Positions 8,296-16,975 of a stretch of 64,000 bases of DNA are shown here, one piece after another. Below the pieces are notes generated by a model. The model worked only from the letters and a program-made list of their open reading frames with translations. It did no database searches and was not told the DNA's origin. The translations under genes and the position numbers were made by a program. The stretch comes from a virus. The first letter of the stretch is position 1. Each line of letters begins with the position of its first letter. The stretch covers positions 6,111-70,110 of the IMG/VR virus record IMGVR_UViG_3300038829_000263. One strand, written 5' to 3'.

Positions 8296-9320
8296 TGGCC
8301 AGCTCTGCCGATCTTGCTCTGCTCGTGAACCTCATGGCCGAAGGCGCCGAGGAGCTGCGCGGCCGCATCGAGGACCACGCGGACGCTCAGGAGAAGGGCC
8401 AGCAGGTCGCCTGGGACGCGGCGGCCTTGCACGTCACGGCCGCGCGCGCCGCGCTGATGGAGGCCGCCGGCGCCCTCATCCCCTTCCGAGGCGAGCGCCC
8501 CGGCGACTGGATCCAGGTGCTCGGCGGCCGGCGCGTCTGGCCCCTCGACCTCCGTGAGGACGAGATCCACTACGAGGACATCGCGCGCATGCTCGCGGCG
8601 AAGCCGCGGTTCTCCGGCTGCACGTCCAGGCTCGACGTGAAGAGTCGCCCGATCCGCTTCTGCTCCATCGCAGAGCACTCGCTCCGCGTGGCCTTCCTGG
8701 CCCGCCACATGGCCACGCGGGACGGCCTCTCGCCGCGCGAGATCGAGTCCGCCTGGAACCACGGTTGCGTGCACGACTCGCCCGAGGCGTACATGGCCGA
8801 CGCCCCGTACCCCGTGAAGCGCTTCCTGCTCCTGTGGGGCCTCATCGAGGACAAGGCCCACGAGCGCATCCTGGAGTACTTCTTCCTCCCGCCGCCCAGC
8901 ACGGCTGTGGCGGCCCTCGTGAAGCGGGCCGACCTCATCATGCGCGGCGTCGAGGCAGAGAAGTTCTTTCCGGCCCAGGACGTGTCGGAGTGGGCGCCCC
9001 TGGCGGTGAGCATCTTGCCCGACGAGTACGAGGTCGCCTGCCAGCAGCCCCGGCCGATCGACAAGGTCTACGACATCGAGCACTGGGAGGCGCTCATGTG
9101 CGTCGCGCTGGCCGACATCCGCCAGCGCAAGGTGGAGCTCGAGCCTCTCCCGGCGCGCACCCACCCGACGACGGGAGAGTCCGCCTGGAAGCAGGAGCTG
9201 ACCCGGGCCTTCGACGAAGGGCACGCGACCGAGGAGGAGATGCGCGGCGAACCCCCGCCGCATCTGCGTCACATGATGCTAGAGGACGAGGGCCCCAGCG
9301 CCCAGGAGGGCGCGCAGTGA
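8295..9320 (+). CDS. HD-domain phosphohydrolase (YfbR/YfdR-like 5'-deoxynucleotidase)
   Basis: EDIARMLAAKPRFSG...SIAEHS...HDSPEAYMAD. Confidence 0.8.
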   Translation: MASSADLALLVNLMAEGAEELRGRIEDHADAQEKGQQVAWDAAALHVTAARAALMEAAGALIPFRGERPGDWIQVLGGRRVWPLDLREDEIHYEDIARMLAAKPRFSGCTSRLDVKSRPIRFCSIAEHSLRVAFLARHMATRDGLSPREIESAWNHGCVHDSPEAYMADAPYPVKRFLLLWGLIEDKAHERILEYFFLPPPSTAVAALVKRADLIMRGVEAEKFFPAQDVSEWAPLAVSILPDEYEVACQQPRPIDKVYDIEHWEALMCVALADIRQRKVELEPLPARTHPTTGESAWKQELTRAFDEGHATEEEMRGEPPPHLRHMMLEDEGPSAQEGAQ

Positions 9321-9616
9321 TCCGCCACGTGAGCGCCCGCGGCAAGAACGGCACGCTCCTGTTCATGGGCCTGGACAGGCGGAACGTCGAGCGCCTGCTG
9401 GCCGGCGAGCCGATCCTGTTCGACCCCGCGCCCCTGGGCCTGCGCCTTGTGGCGGCCGAGTTCCGCGAGAGCGGGCCCGATCGCGTGGCCATCGCGGCCG
9501 GCGAGACCCTGCAGGACATCGCGCGGGAAGCCGGGCTACCCGTCATGCCTTCACCGGGCCCCGGTGGGGAGGTCCGCATCAGGCGCGACCTGCCTGATGA
9601 CGAGAGCTCGTCGTGA
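9317..9616 (+). CDS. hypothetical protein
   Basis: GTGA overlap. Confidence 0.6.
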   Translation: MIRHVSARGKNGTLLFMGLDRRNVERLLAGEPILFDPAPLGLRLVAAEFRESGPDRVAIAAGETLQDIAREAGLPVMPSPGPGGEVRIRRDLPDDESSS

Positions 9617-10269
9617 GCAGCCCCGGCTATTTCGAGTTCACGCACCTGGTCGACCAGGACGACGAGCACGAGCCGGAGTTCGAGGTCGAGGTTTCGTGCG
9701 ACATCGTGTCCATAGGGGACGGCGACCTGGAGGCGCGCGACGTCGTCGCCAAGCGTACGGACAACTTCCAGGAGCTGAGCGAGGACGCGATAGTACAGCT
9801 CGACCTGGGCTACCACGCCGTCGAGGCCATGATGTCGCGGACCCCCTGCTCGGGAGAGGACGAGGCGGGGTTCTACTACTCCCCGGACCTGGGCACGTTC
9901 TGGGAGGTGCTTGACGTCGCGAAGGTCGACTCTGTTTGTGCTTGGTACGTCCTGGCGCGCCGCCTGCTGGAGGACCCCCGGACGCTCGCCCAGCGCGCGT
10001 GCACCTGGTGCAAGAAGCCAGGCCACATCCGCTACTACGATGCTTGCCCCGATGGCCTGACCGCCCGCGCACGAGGCATCGGCGACCGAGCTCCCTGGAG
10101 GCTCCTCGAGTTCTTCCAGAGCCGGCGCTACATCGTCGGCGGTGACGTCCGGCGCTTCTGGCGCATCGAGTTGATCGGGCCTCCTCCCGAGGGCCAGTTC
10201 AGGCCGTGCGGCGTCATCTACGCCGGCGATCCTCTCCCGAAGGCCGATGCGGAGCGGGAGGACTGGTGA
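9613..10269 (+). CDS. hypothetical protein with CxxCxxxGH knuckle
   Basis: CTWCKKPGH. Confidence 0.6.
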   Translation: MSSPGYFEFTHLVDQDDEHEPEFEVEVSCDIVSIGDGDLEARDVVAKRTDNFQELSEDAIVQLDLGYHAVEAMMSRTPCSGEDEAGFYYSPDLGTFWEVLDVAKVDSVCAWYVLARRLLEDPRTLAQRACTWCKKPGHIRYYDACPDGLTARARGIGDRAPWRLLEFFQSRRYIVGGDVRRFWRIELIGPPPEGQFRPCGVIYAGDPLPKADAEREDW

Positions 10270-10454
10270 AGGCGCCCATCACCCTCTGTGGGAACTGCGA
10301 CGCGCACGCCTCGGGGCACATCGCGAAGGGGCACTGCGGCTACCCGCCGACGTACTACATGGTCGAGGGCGGGGACCTATTCGACGATGAGGGCAACGTC
10401 GTCGCCGAGCGCGTGGAGTGCCCAGGAGGGGACGCGTGCACGCACTTGGCGTGA
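10266..10454 (+). CDS. small Cys-rich protein
   Basis: Coupled ORF. Confidence 0.5.
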   Translation: MKAPITLCGNCDAHASGHIAKGHCGYPPTYYMVEGGDLFDDEGNVVAERVECPGGDACTHLA

Positions 10455-10705
10455 CGCCGGCCTGCGCGCACGGCTACATCTGGCGCTGGGAGTGGGGCTG
10501 CGGGATCCTCTGGCGCGTCCTGGGCTGCTGGCCCTGCAGCGTAGAAGTGCTCAAGCTGGGCGCCGAGACGCACGCGACGAAAGGCGCCTGGGAGTGGCAG
10601 GCGCCCGGCCAGCCCTACCCAGAGGAGTTGGCCGCCTTGCCTCCGATGCAGCGCACCCTGTTCGGCCCGGACGAGCCGACCGCCCGGCCGCGGAGGATCG
10701 CGTGA
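10451..10705 (+). CDS. hypothetical protein
   Basis: Coupled ORF. Confidence 0.45.
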   Translation: MTPACAHGYIWRWEWGCGILWRVLGCWPCSVEVLKLGAETHATKGAWEWQAPGQPYPEELAALPPMQRTLFGPDEPTARPRRIA

Positions 10706-10899
10706 ACAGGCGCTGCATCGTGTGCGACCACAGCCGCGTCCGTGCCCACAAGGGCACGAGCCTGTGCGACCCCTGCGGCCGAGCCTACGACCGCTACTCG
10801 CGCGCCGGCGGCGGCTCGGTGTGGGACGTCATCGTGTGGGCCGCGCGCAGGGCCCGCCGCTACGCCCGGCGGCGCGGGCCGAAGGCCATCGAGCCATGA
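10702..10899 (+). CDS. small zinc-finger protein
   Basis: CIVC...CDPC. Confidence 0.5.
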   Translation: MNRRCIVCDHSRVRAHKGTSLCDPCGRAYDRYSRAGGGSVWDVIVWAARRARRYARRRGPKAIEP

Positions 10900-11564
10900 G
10901 CACGGAACGGAAGGCCCCAGCAGGCGTCATCGGCCCCAAGGGCGGCGCGCTAGACACGACGTGGCAGACGCCGCCCGAGCTCCTCGTGCCGCCCAGGGAG
11001 TACTGGGGCGGCGCCATCCCCTTCGACGTGGCGACCTCGATCACGAACCCGACGGCGGCCCTCGGCTACTGGACCGCGATCGACGACGCCCTCGCCCGCG
11101 AGTGGCCGAAGGCGCTGTGGGTGAACCCGCCCTACGGGAAGGGCCTGCGCCTTTGGCTGCTCAAGATGGCCGACGCGGCGCAAAAGGGCAGCGAGATCAT
11201 CTCCCTCCTCCCCTGCGCCCGGTGGGAGCAGCGCTACTTCCAGACGGCGCTCGCGCAGGCAAACGCCGTGTGCATGATCCGCAAGCGGGTGAACTTCATC
11301 CGCGCCTCGACGGGGGACGCCGTCTCCGGGAACACCTACGCGAACATGTACCTGGGGTGGAACGTCGACGTAGACAGGTTCACCAAGACGCACAGCCCCC
11401 AGGGCGCGTGCTTCGCCCTCCGCTGCACGGCCGGGCCGCCCCTCATCGAGCCCGTGCGCCGGTCAGGTAAGCGGCCGCGGAAGGATCTCCCAGCCCCGAT
11501 CGCGGCGCTGCGGGCTCGCCTCCTCTCCGTGGCAGGTCTGCCCGCTGGCGCGTCCGAGTTCTGA
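10896..11564 (+). CDS. phage DNA N6-adenine methyltransferase (Dam-phage family); C-terminal ASEF
   Basis: WQTPPEL, FDVATS, WVNPPYG, LLPCAR, RVNF. Confidence 0.85.
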   Translation: MSTERKAPAGVIGPKGGALDTTWQTPPELLVPPREYWGGAIPFDVATSITNPTAALGYWTAIDDALAREWPKALWVNPPYGKGLRLWLLKMADAAQKGSEIISLLPCARWEQRYFQTALAQANAVCMIRKRVNFIRASTGDAVSGNTYANMYLGWNVDVDRFTKTHSPQGACFALRCTAGPPLIEPVRRSGKRPRKDLPAPIAALRARLLSVAGLPAGASEF

Positions 11565-11578
11565 TGTAGACTCCTGAC

Positions 11579-11935
11579 ATGTACGAGTACTGGGCGACAC
11601 CCCTGCGCGTCGTGGACGGGGACACGTTCGTGGCGATGATCGACCTGGGGCTGCGCGTGTCCAAGCAGGAGACGCTGCGCCTGCGCGGCATCGACACGCC
11701 CGAGATGAACTCGCCGGACCCGGCCCTGCGGGCGAAGGCGGCCGAGGCCAAGACCCGGCTGTACCAGCTCCTGGGCCTGGGCATGACCGGCGCGCCGCGG
11801 GTGCGCATCCGGACGGAGAAGCCCTACGAGACGGACAAGTACGGCCGCTGGCTCGCGGACGTCATCCTGGCCGACGAGCGCAAGGTCTCGGCCGTGCTCC
11901 TGGTCGAGGGCCTGGCCGTGCCCTACATGGTGTGA
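11579..11935 (+). CDS. thermonuclease (SNase family)
   Basis: VVDGDT, LRLRGIDTPE, DKYGRWLA. Confidence 0.9.
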   Translation: MYEYWATPLRVVDGDTFVAMIDLGLRVSKQETLRLRGIDTPEMNSPDPALRAKAAEAKTRLYQLLGLGMTGAPRVRIRTEKPYETDKYGRWLADVILADERKVSAVLLVEGLAVPYMV

Positions 11936-11938
11936 GCC

Positions 11939-12706
11939 GTGCTCGACTGCCTCTTGACCGTCCCGCATGGTGCCGAGGGTAACGACGTGGCCGCGCCCCT
12001 CGTGGCGCGGCCGCTCCTCGGGCTCCTGCAGGAGGCGGGCTGGCGCGCGGGCCTCGTCATCAACTACGCCGACCGCCTCGACGTCGTCGACATGAACCGG
12101 CCGACCTCGCGGGACACGACGTTCCGCCAGGCCGTGGCAGAGCGCCTCCCAGCGCGCCTGCTCCTCGACGTGCACTCCTTCCCCAACCACGCCGAGCGGT
12201 TCAAGCAGCACGACATCGTGCTCTTGTTCACCCCTGGGGTGCAGGATCCCTCCTGGCTCGCCGGCTACGCCGCGTTGCTCGAGCAGGCCGGCGACTCGCT
12301 GGGGGTCGCGCCGCGCGTGTCCATCCAGCCCGCCCAGGCCGTCGACGACATCGTGATCGCGGCCGTCGAGGGCGGTCAGTCGCCTCGCGGGAACATGCTG
12401 GCCGAGCACAACGAGGACGGGGACCCACTCCTCTACGCCGCGCTCCACGCCAGGGCGATCGGCGGCGTGCTGCGGGGCGCGAGCCTGGCCGAGGCCGCCC
12501 CGTCGTTCTTGGTAGGACAGCGCGTGCGAATGGTGCGATGGCAACAGACCGACTGGAGCGCGGCGCCGAAGTCCTACATCGGAAAGACGGGGACCGTCGT
12601 TGAGCTGGAGGACACCCGTGGGCGCTGGACGCCCAGGGCGTTCCGCGTGGCCTTCGACGGCGCGGCTGCCGAGTGGGCGCTCGAGGACTGGCTGGCACCC
12701 GCGTGA
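11939..12706 (+). CDS. Zn-amidohydrolase-like protein (N-formylglutamate amidohydrolase fold) with C-terminal KOW/SH3-like domain
   Basis: LLTVPHG and LLDVHSF; VGQRVR...GKTGTVVE. Confidence 0.45.
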   Translation: MLDCLLTVPHGAEGNDVAAPLVARPLLGLLQEAGWRAGLVINYADRLDVVDMNRPTSRDTTFRQAVAERLPARLLLDVHSFPNHAERFKQHDIVLLFTPGVQDPSWLAGYAALLEQAGDSLGVAPRVSIQPAQAVDDIVIAAVEGGQSPRGNMLAEHNEDGDPLLYAALHARAIGGVLRGASLAEAAPSFLVGQRVRMVRWQQTDWSAAPKSYIGKTGTVVELEDTRGRWTPRAFRVAFDGAAAEWALEDWLAPA

Positions 12707-12716
12707 GAGGCGCTGT

Positions 12717-13241
12717 ATGACCCGGTACCACCCGCGGCGCATCATCCCGCACGGGCCCCACAACGTGCCTGGGGCGACGCCTTTCCTCCAGGAGCCCGCG
12801 GCCGCTCCGCCCTCGGCGGATGCGGTCGCTCGGCCGGACGTGTTGATGCGGCGCATCCAGCCCATGGCCGACGCGGTCAAGGCCCGGTTCGAGAACGACC
12901 CCCAGCAGCTCGCCTGGAACGCGCAGAAGGACCCCCGGGGGATGGCCGAGGCGCTCAAGGTCGCCGGCGCCCGCCTGAGCGGCATGGCGCGCTGCCACGA
13001 GGAGCTCCTGCGGGCCCTGGCCCGGCACGCCGGCGGCTTCCAGATCGTGGCGAAGCTCGTCTCCCCGGCTGTGCTCAGTGGGACGTGCGTGGGCATCTAC
13101 CGGTGGGACATGGACCGCGCGCTCAAGGCGGGCGCCCCGGCCGCGCGCGTCCTGCGCGGGGCGACCCTGGAGTCCGTCCTGTGCGAGGTCATCCGGGCGA
13201 TGTTCCCCCAGCCGCCGCGGTCGTGGGTGCCACCGCGTTGA
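12717..13241 (+). CDS. hypothetical protein
   Basis: GC3-biased ORF. Confidence 0.55.
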   Translation: MTRYHPRRIIPHGPHNVPGATPFLQEPAAAPPSADAVARPDVLMRRIQPMADAVKARFENDPQQLAWNAQKDPRGMAEALKVAGARLSGMARCHEELLRALARHAGGFQIVAKLVSPAVLSGTCVGIYRWDMDRALKAGAPAARVLRGATLESVLCEVIRAMFPQPPRSWVPPR

Positions 13242-13265
13242 AAAGTCGGCATCGGCTGGTAATAT
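13238..13265 (+). promoter_or_regulatory. promoter of ParB/deazaguanine operon
   Basis: TTGAAA-N16-TAATAT followed by CGCC, same -10 context as the cassettes. Confidence 0.65.
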
Positions 13266-13286
13266 CGCCCAGCGGAGGCCAGGCGG

Positions 13287-14132
13287 ATGGCGCGCACGAA
13301 GAAGGGGCAGGCCGTGGACACGTCGATCCCGGCCTCCGGCAAGCTCGAGGACGACGTGGCCGCGGTTTACCTGCCGGCGGCCGACCTGACGCCCTGGGAC
13401 AAGAACCCGAGGCGCATCCCGGAGTCGGCCGTGCTCAAGGTCGCCCGGATCGTGGCGACGGTCGCGTTCGGCGCGCCGCTCCTGGCGCACGACCCTACGA
13501 AGCGCGTGATCGCCGGGCACACGCGCCTCCTGGCCTTCAACTACCTGCTGGGCCTCCTCGACAAGTTCGGCGCGCCCCAGCCCGGTCAGACCTGGCCCGA
13601 GGGCGCCGAGGCCCCGCCCGAGTGGTGGCCGACGCTCAAGCCCGCAACCCTGGCGCTCCTCCAGCAGCGGCGCCTGCCCGTGCGCATGCTGGCCGTCAGC
13701 GACGAGGAGGCCGACCAGCTCGCCATCGCCGACAACCGCCTGGGCCAGGAGGCGGAGTGGGACTACGAGGCCCTGGCGAACATCCTCCGCGGCTTCGGGT
13801 CCGACGCCGGCCGGCTCCTGACGGGCTTCGATCCGCACGAGCTCGAGCCCCTGCTCGCGGCCGAGTGGACGCCCCCGCCCATCGGCCCGCTGCCCGGGCA
13901 GGAACCGGGCGCCGGTGATGTGCCTCCTCCCCCGCCCGCCGGCGCGGTCGTCTTGACGCCCGAGCAGCGCGTGGTCTGGGAGAAGGCCCTCGTCGAGGCC
14001 CGCGACCTGTGGGGAGAGGAGCTGGCCGAGGGCGCCGCCCTCATCGAGATCGCGCAGAGCTGGCTCGCGGCCCACGAGGAGGACGAGGAGCCGGAGCCGG
14101 CCGGCAAGGGTACCGCCGCCGAGGACTTCTAG
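13287..14132 (+). CDS. ParB/Srx N-terminal-domain protein; C-terminal AAEDF
   Basis: LTPWDKNPR, FGAPLL, VIAGHTRL, LAIADNRL. Confidence 0.8.
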   Translation: MARTKKGQAVDTSIPASGKLEDDVAAVYLPAADLTPWDKNPRRIPESAVLKVARIVATVAFGAPLLAHDPTKRVIAGHTRLLAFNYLLGLLDKFGAPQPGQTWPEGAEAPPEWWPTLKPATLALLQQRRLPVRMLAVSDEEADQLAIADNRLGQEAEWDYEALANILRGFGSDAGRLLTGFDPHELEPLLAAEWTPPPIGPLPGQEPGAGDVPPPPPAGAVVLTPEQRVVWEKALVEARDLWGEELAEGAALIEIAQSWLAAHEEDEEPEPAGKGTAAEDF

Positions 14133-14133
14133 C

Positions 14134-14997
14134 GTGACCGACCTGGGTCCGCACGTCCGCCTGGCGCACGTTCCAGGCGCCCAGGGGGACAACAACCTCC
14201 TGGGCCAGCGCGGGGTCGACAAGGTCCCCGACGAGGGCCGCCCGGCGCTCCTCGTCAGCTACTACTACGCCGAGCCCTTCCTGGCTCGGCGTGCCGACTA
14301 CGCCTACCGGGATTGGGTGCTCGACTCCGGCGCCTTCACGGCCAACGCCCAGGGCGAGCCCATCGACCTCGACGCCTACATCGCGAAGTGCCAGGAGCTG
14401 CTGGCCACGGACCCGACCCTGACCGAGGTATTCGCGCTCGACGTGATCGGGGACTGGAAGGCGTCGGCCGCGAACACGGACAAGATGTGGGAGGCCGGCA
14501 TCCCGGCCGTCCCGTGCTTCCACATGGGCTCCCCCGAGGAGGAGCTCGTCCGCCTGGCCAAGACCTACCCCAAGATCGCGCTCGGGGGCGTCGTCGGTCT
14601 CCGCGAGGACGTGCGCATCGAGTGGGCCGGGCAGTGCTTCGCGCGCGTCTGGCCGAAGAAGGTGCACGGGTTCGGCTTCGGCGGCCGCAAGGCCATCCTG
14701 GCGATCCCCTGGCACTCCGTCGACGCGACCAACTGGGAGCTGGGCCCCTGCAAGTTCGGGCAGTGGCGTACGTTCGGGAAGCTGTCCGTGCGGGGCTCGT
14801 CCCAGAACCTGCGCGTCGAGATCGAGCATTACCTGCGCCTGGAGCGCGAGGCCCGCCAACGCTGGCGGCGTGAGATGGCGCTCCTCGAGCAGCTCTCGCC
14901 GGCGCCGGCGCCTTCGGTGCGCCTGGCGCTGCCCATCTGGGGCAAGGGGAACTCGCTCGACAAGAAGGTCACGAAGGCCATGGGCGGGGGGCCGTGA
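14134..14997 (+). CDS. dpdA: DpdA/TGT-like 7-deazaguanine DNA transglycosylase, paralog 1
   Basis: LDSGAF, ALDVIGD, PCFH, IALGG, VHGFG, HSVDATNW; adjacent to queC/D/E/folE. Confidence 0.7.
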   Translation: MTDLGPHVRLAHVPGAQGDNNLLGQRGVDKVPDEGRPALLVSYYYAEPFLARRADYAYRDWVLDSGAFTANAQGEPIDLDAYIAKCQELLATDPTLTEVFALDVIGDWKASAANTDKMWEAGIPAVPCFHMGSPEEELVRLAKTYPKIALGGVVGLREDVRIEWAGQCFARVWPKKVHGFGFGGRKAILAIPWHSVDATNWELGPCKFGQWRTFGKLSVRGSSQNLRVEIEHYLRLEREARQRWRREMALLEQLSPAPAPSVRLALPIWGKGNSLDKKVTKAMGGGP

Positions 14998-15230
14998 GCC
15001 ACACGCCCGAGCTGCAGGCCGAGATCGCCCGAACCATCGCCTCGTGCGTCGAGCGCTTCGAGCTGAGCGGGACACGCGAGCGCTGCGGGCGCACGTCCTG
15101 CACGGCCGGGCCCGGCGGTCAGCGCACGCCGGTGCCTCTCACCGTCCGCGAGGCCGCTGACTGGTCTCTGCTCGTCGTGATCGGCGGGCACTCCTACATC
15201 CTCTGCCCTACTTGCACGGCCTGGAGGTAG
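14994..15230 (+). CDS. small Cys-rich protein
   Basis: CGRTSC, CPTC. Confidence 0.5.
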   Translation: MSHTPELQAEIARTIASCVERFELSGTRERCGRTSCTAGPGGQRTPVPLTVREAADWSLLVVIGGHSYILCPTCTAWR

Positions 15231-15233
15231 ACC

Positions 15234-16508
15234 ATGTGCAGCATCTTCGGCGCGGTTGCGTCGGGCATCGGCGGGGCCATCCTGGACGAGGGCCTGCTCG
15301 CCAAGCTCCGCGAGAACGCACGCGACCGCGGCCGCGACGGCGGCCGGATGGAGTACTACGAGGGCTACGACTTCGGCGTCCACGTGCGCGCCGCGCTGGG
15401 GAACTGGCGCGCGACGCCGACGCCTGAGCTCGCCCAGGGCCGGCTGCAGCCCTACGGCGGCATGGTCCACAACGGGACCATCGCGAACGACGAGGAGCTG
15501 GGGAAACGCGAGGGCGAGATCGACTCCGAGGTGCTCGCGCGCGTCATCGACAGGCGGTCCGCGCTCACCCTGGCCGAGTCGCTCAAGGCCGTCGTGGGGT
15601 CATGGGCCCTGGCCGCCTGGAACGGCCGGGCGGTCCTCCTCTCGACGAACTACAAGCCCCTCTACTACGCCCGGATCAGGTCGTTTGGCGCCGACCCGGA
15701 CGAGCAGTCGTTCTACTTCTCGTCCATGGCCCGGCACTTCGACGGCCTCCTCCCCCGCGGCGTGGCGCCTGCGGCGGTGGCGCCCTACTCGACGCTCGAC
15801 CTCCTCTCCGGCCAGGTCGCGCCCTTGGCGCAGAAGTACGCCCGACGGGCACTCGTCATCTGTTCGGCTGGCCTGGACTCGACCGTCGTCGCGACGAAGC
15901 TCGTGCGCGAGGGCTGGGACGTGACCCTCATCCACTTCGCTTACGGGTGCCGGGCGGAGCGGCGCGAGACCCGCCAGATCCCGCTCATCGCGGAACGCCT
16001 GGGCTGTCGCTACGTCATCATGCCCCTCAGCTACTCGTTCGCGGAGGAGTCCTCGCCGCTCCTGCGCGACGGTGCGCCCATCGCTGGCCAGATCGCCGGC
16101 GCCGAGTACGCGCACGAGTGGGTGCCGGCGCGGAACCTCCTGTTCATGTCGCTCGCGGCCGCCTACGCCGAGGCGCGCGGCTACCACGCGCTCGCCATCG
16201 GCATCAACCTGGAGGAGGCCGGCGCCTTCCCCGACAACGAGGAGGAGTTCACCCTTCGCTTCAACGCGTTGCTCCCCTTCGCTACGCAGAACGGCTACCG
16301 CCTGGAGCTACTGACGCCCGTCGGCAACCTGATGAAGCACGAGATCGTGCGCCTGGGCCTGGAGCTGGAGGCGCCGCTGGACCTGACCTGGAGCTGCTAC
16401 CGCGCCGGCGAACATCACTGCGGCGAGTGTGGTCCGTGCTTCATGCGTCGCGAGGCGCACGCGCGCAACGGCGTCGTCGATCCCGTGTTCGCGGAGGCGC
16501 CGAAGTGA
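15234..16508 (+). CDS. queC: Gat-QueC fusion (class II glutamine amidotransferase + preQ0 synthase)
   Basis: N-terminal MCSIFG, RGRD, HNGTI, IDSEV; SAGLDS PP-loop, WVPARN, CY...HCGECGPC. Confidence 0.9.
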   Translation: MCSIFGAVASGIGGAILDEGLLAKLRENARDRGRDGGRMEYYEGYDFGVHVRAALGNWRATPTPELAQGRLQPYGGMVHNGTIANDEELGKREGEIDSEVLARVIDRRSALTLAESLKAVVGSWALAAWNGRAVLLSTNYKPLYYARIRSFGADPDEQSFYFSSMARHFDGLLPRGVAPAAVAPYSTLDLLSGQVAPLAQKYARRALVICSAGLDSTVVATKLVREGWDVTLIHFAYGCRAERRETRQIPLIAERLGCRYVIMPLSYSFAEESSPLLRDGAPIAGQIAGAEYAHEWVPARNLLFMSLAAAYAEARGYHALAIGINLEEAGAFPDNEEEFTLRFNALLPFATQNGYRLELLTPVGNLMKHEIVRLGLELEAPLDLTWSCYRAGEHHCGECGPCFMRREAHARNGVVDPVFAEAPK

Positions 16509-16975
16509 CCCGCTATGCCCACGGCACGGCCGTGCCGGTCGAGCGCAGCCGCGGCGAAGTCGAGCGGCTCATCGCGAAGTACGGCGGGGACCGCTTCGTC
16601 TACGGCCAGCCCCAGGACAACCTGGTCGTCGTGGGCTTCCGGATGCGCGAGCGCTTCGTGCGGATGGACCTGCCGCTGCCGGAGAGGGCAGAGGCCAAGC
16701 GCACCCCGACAGGGAAGGTCAGGAAGTCGACCGTCGCCGATCAGGAGTTCGAGCGCCTCGTCAAGCAGCGCTGGCGCGCGCTCGTGCTCATCATCAAGGC
16801 CAAGCTCGAAGCCGTCGAGTCGGGCGTGTCGTCCTTCGATCAGGAGTGGCTTCCCTACTTCGTCCTCCCGGGCGGCGTGACCGTCTACCAGAAGGCGCTG
16901 CCCGAGATCGAGGCGGCCTACAAGACGGGGAAGGTCCAGCAGGGGCTTCTCCTGGGGATGGGCGCGAACGCGTGA
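16505..16975 (+). CDS. conserved phage hypothetical protein
   Basis: YAHGTAVPVERSRGEVERL...WRALVLIIKAKLEAVESG pattern. Confidence 0.7.
   Translation: MTRYAHGTAVPVERSRGEVERLIAKYGGDRFVYGQPQDNLVVVGFRMRERFVRMDLPLPERAEAKRTPTGKVRKSTVADQEFERLVKQRWRALVLIIKAKLEAVESGVSSFDQEWLPYFVLPGGVTVYQKALPEIEAAYKTGKVQQGLLLGMGANA

Noticed and set aside
1307-14222. Very long antisense or alternate-frame ORFs in the track (e.g. 1307-3835, 5773-7980, 12228-14222)
   Set aside because: Shadow ORFs expected at this GC content; Arg/Pro/Ala-rich, no motifs, and opposite well-supported coupled genes
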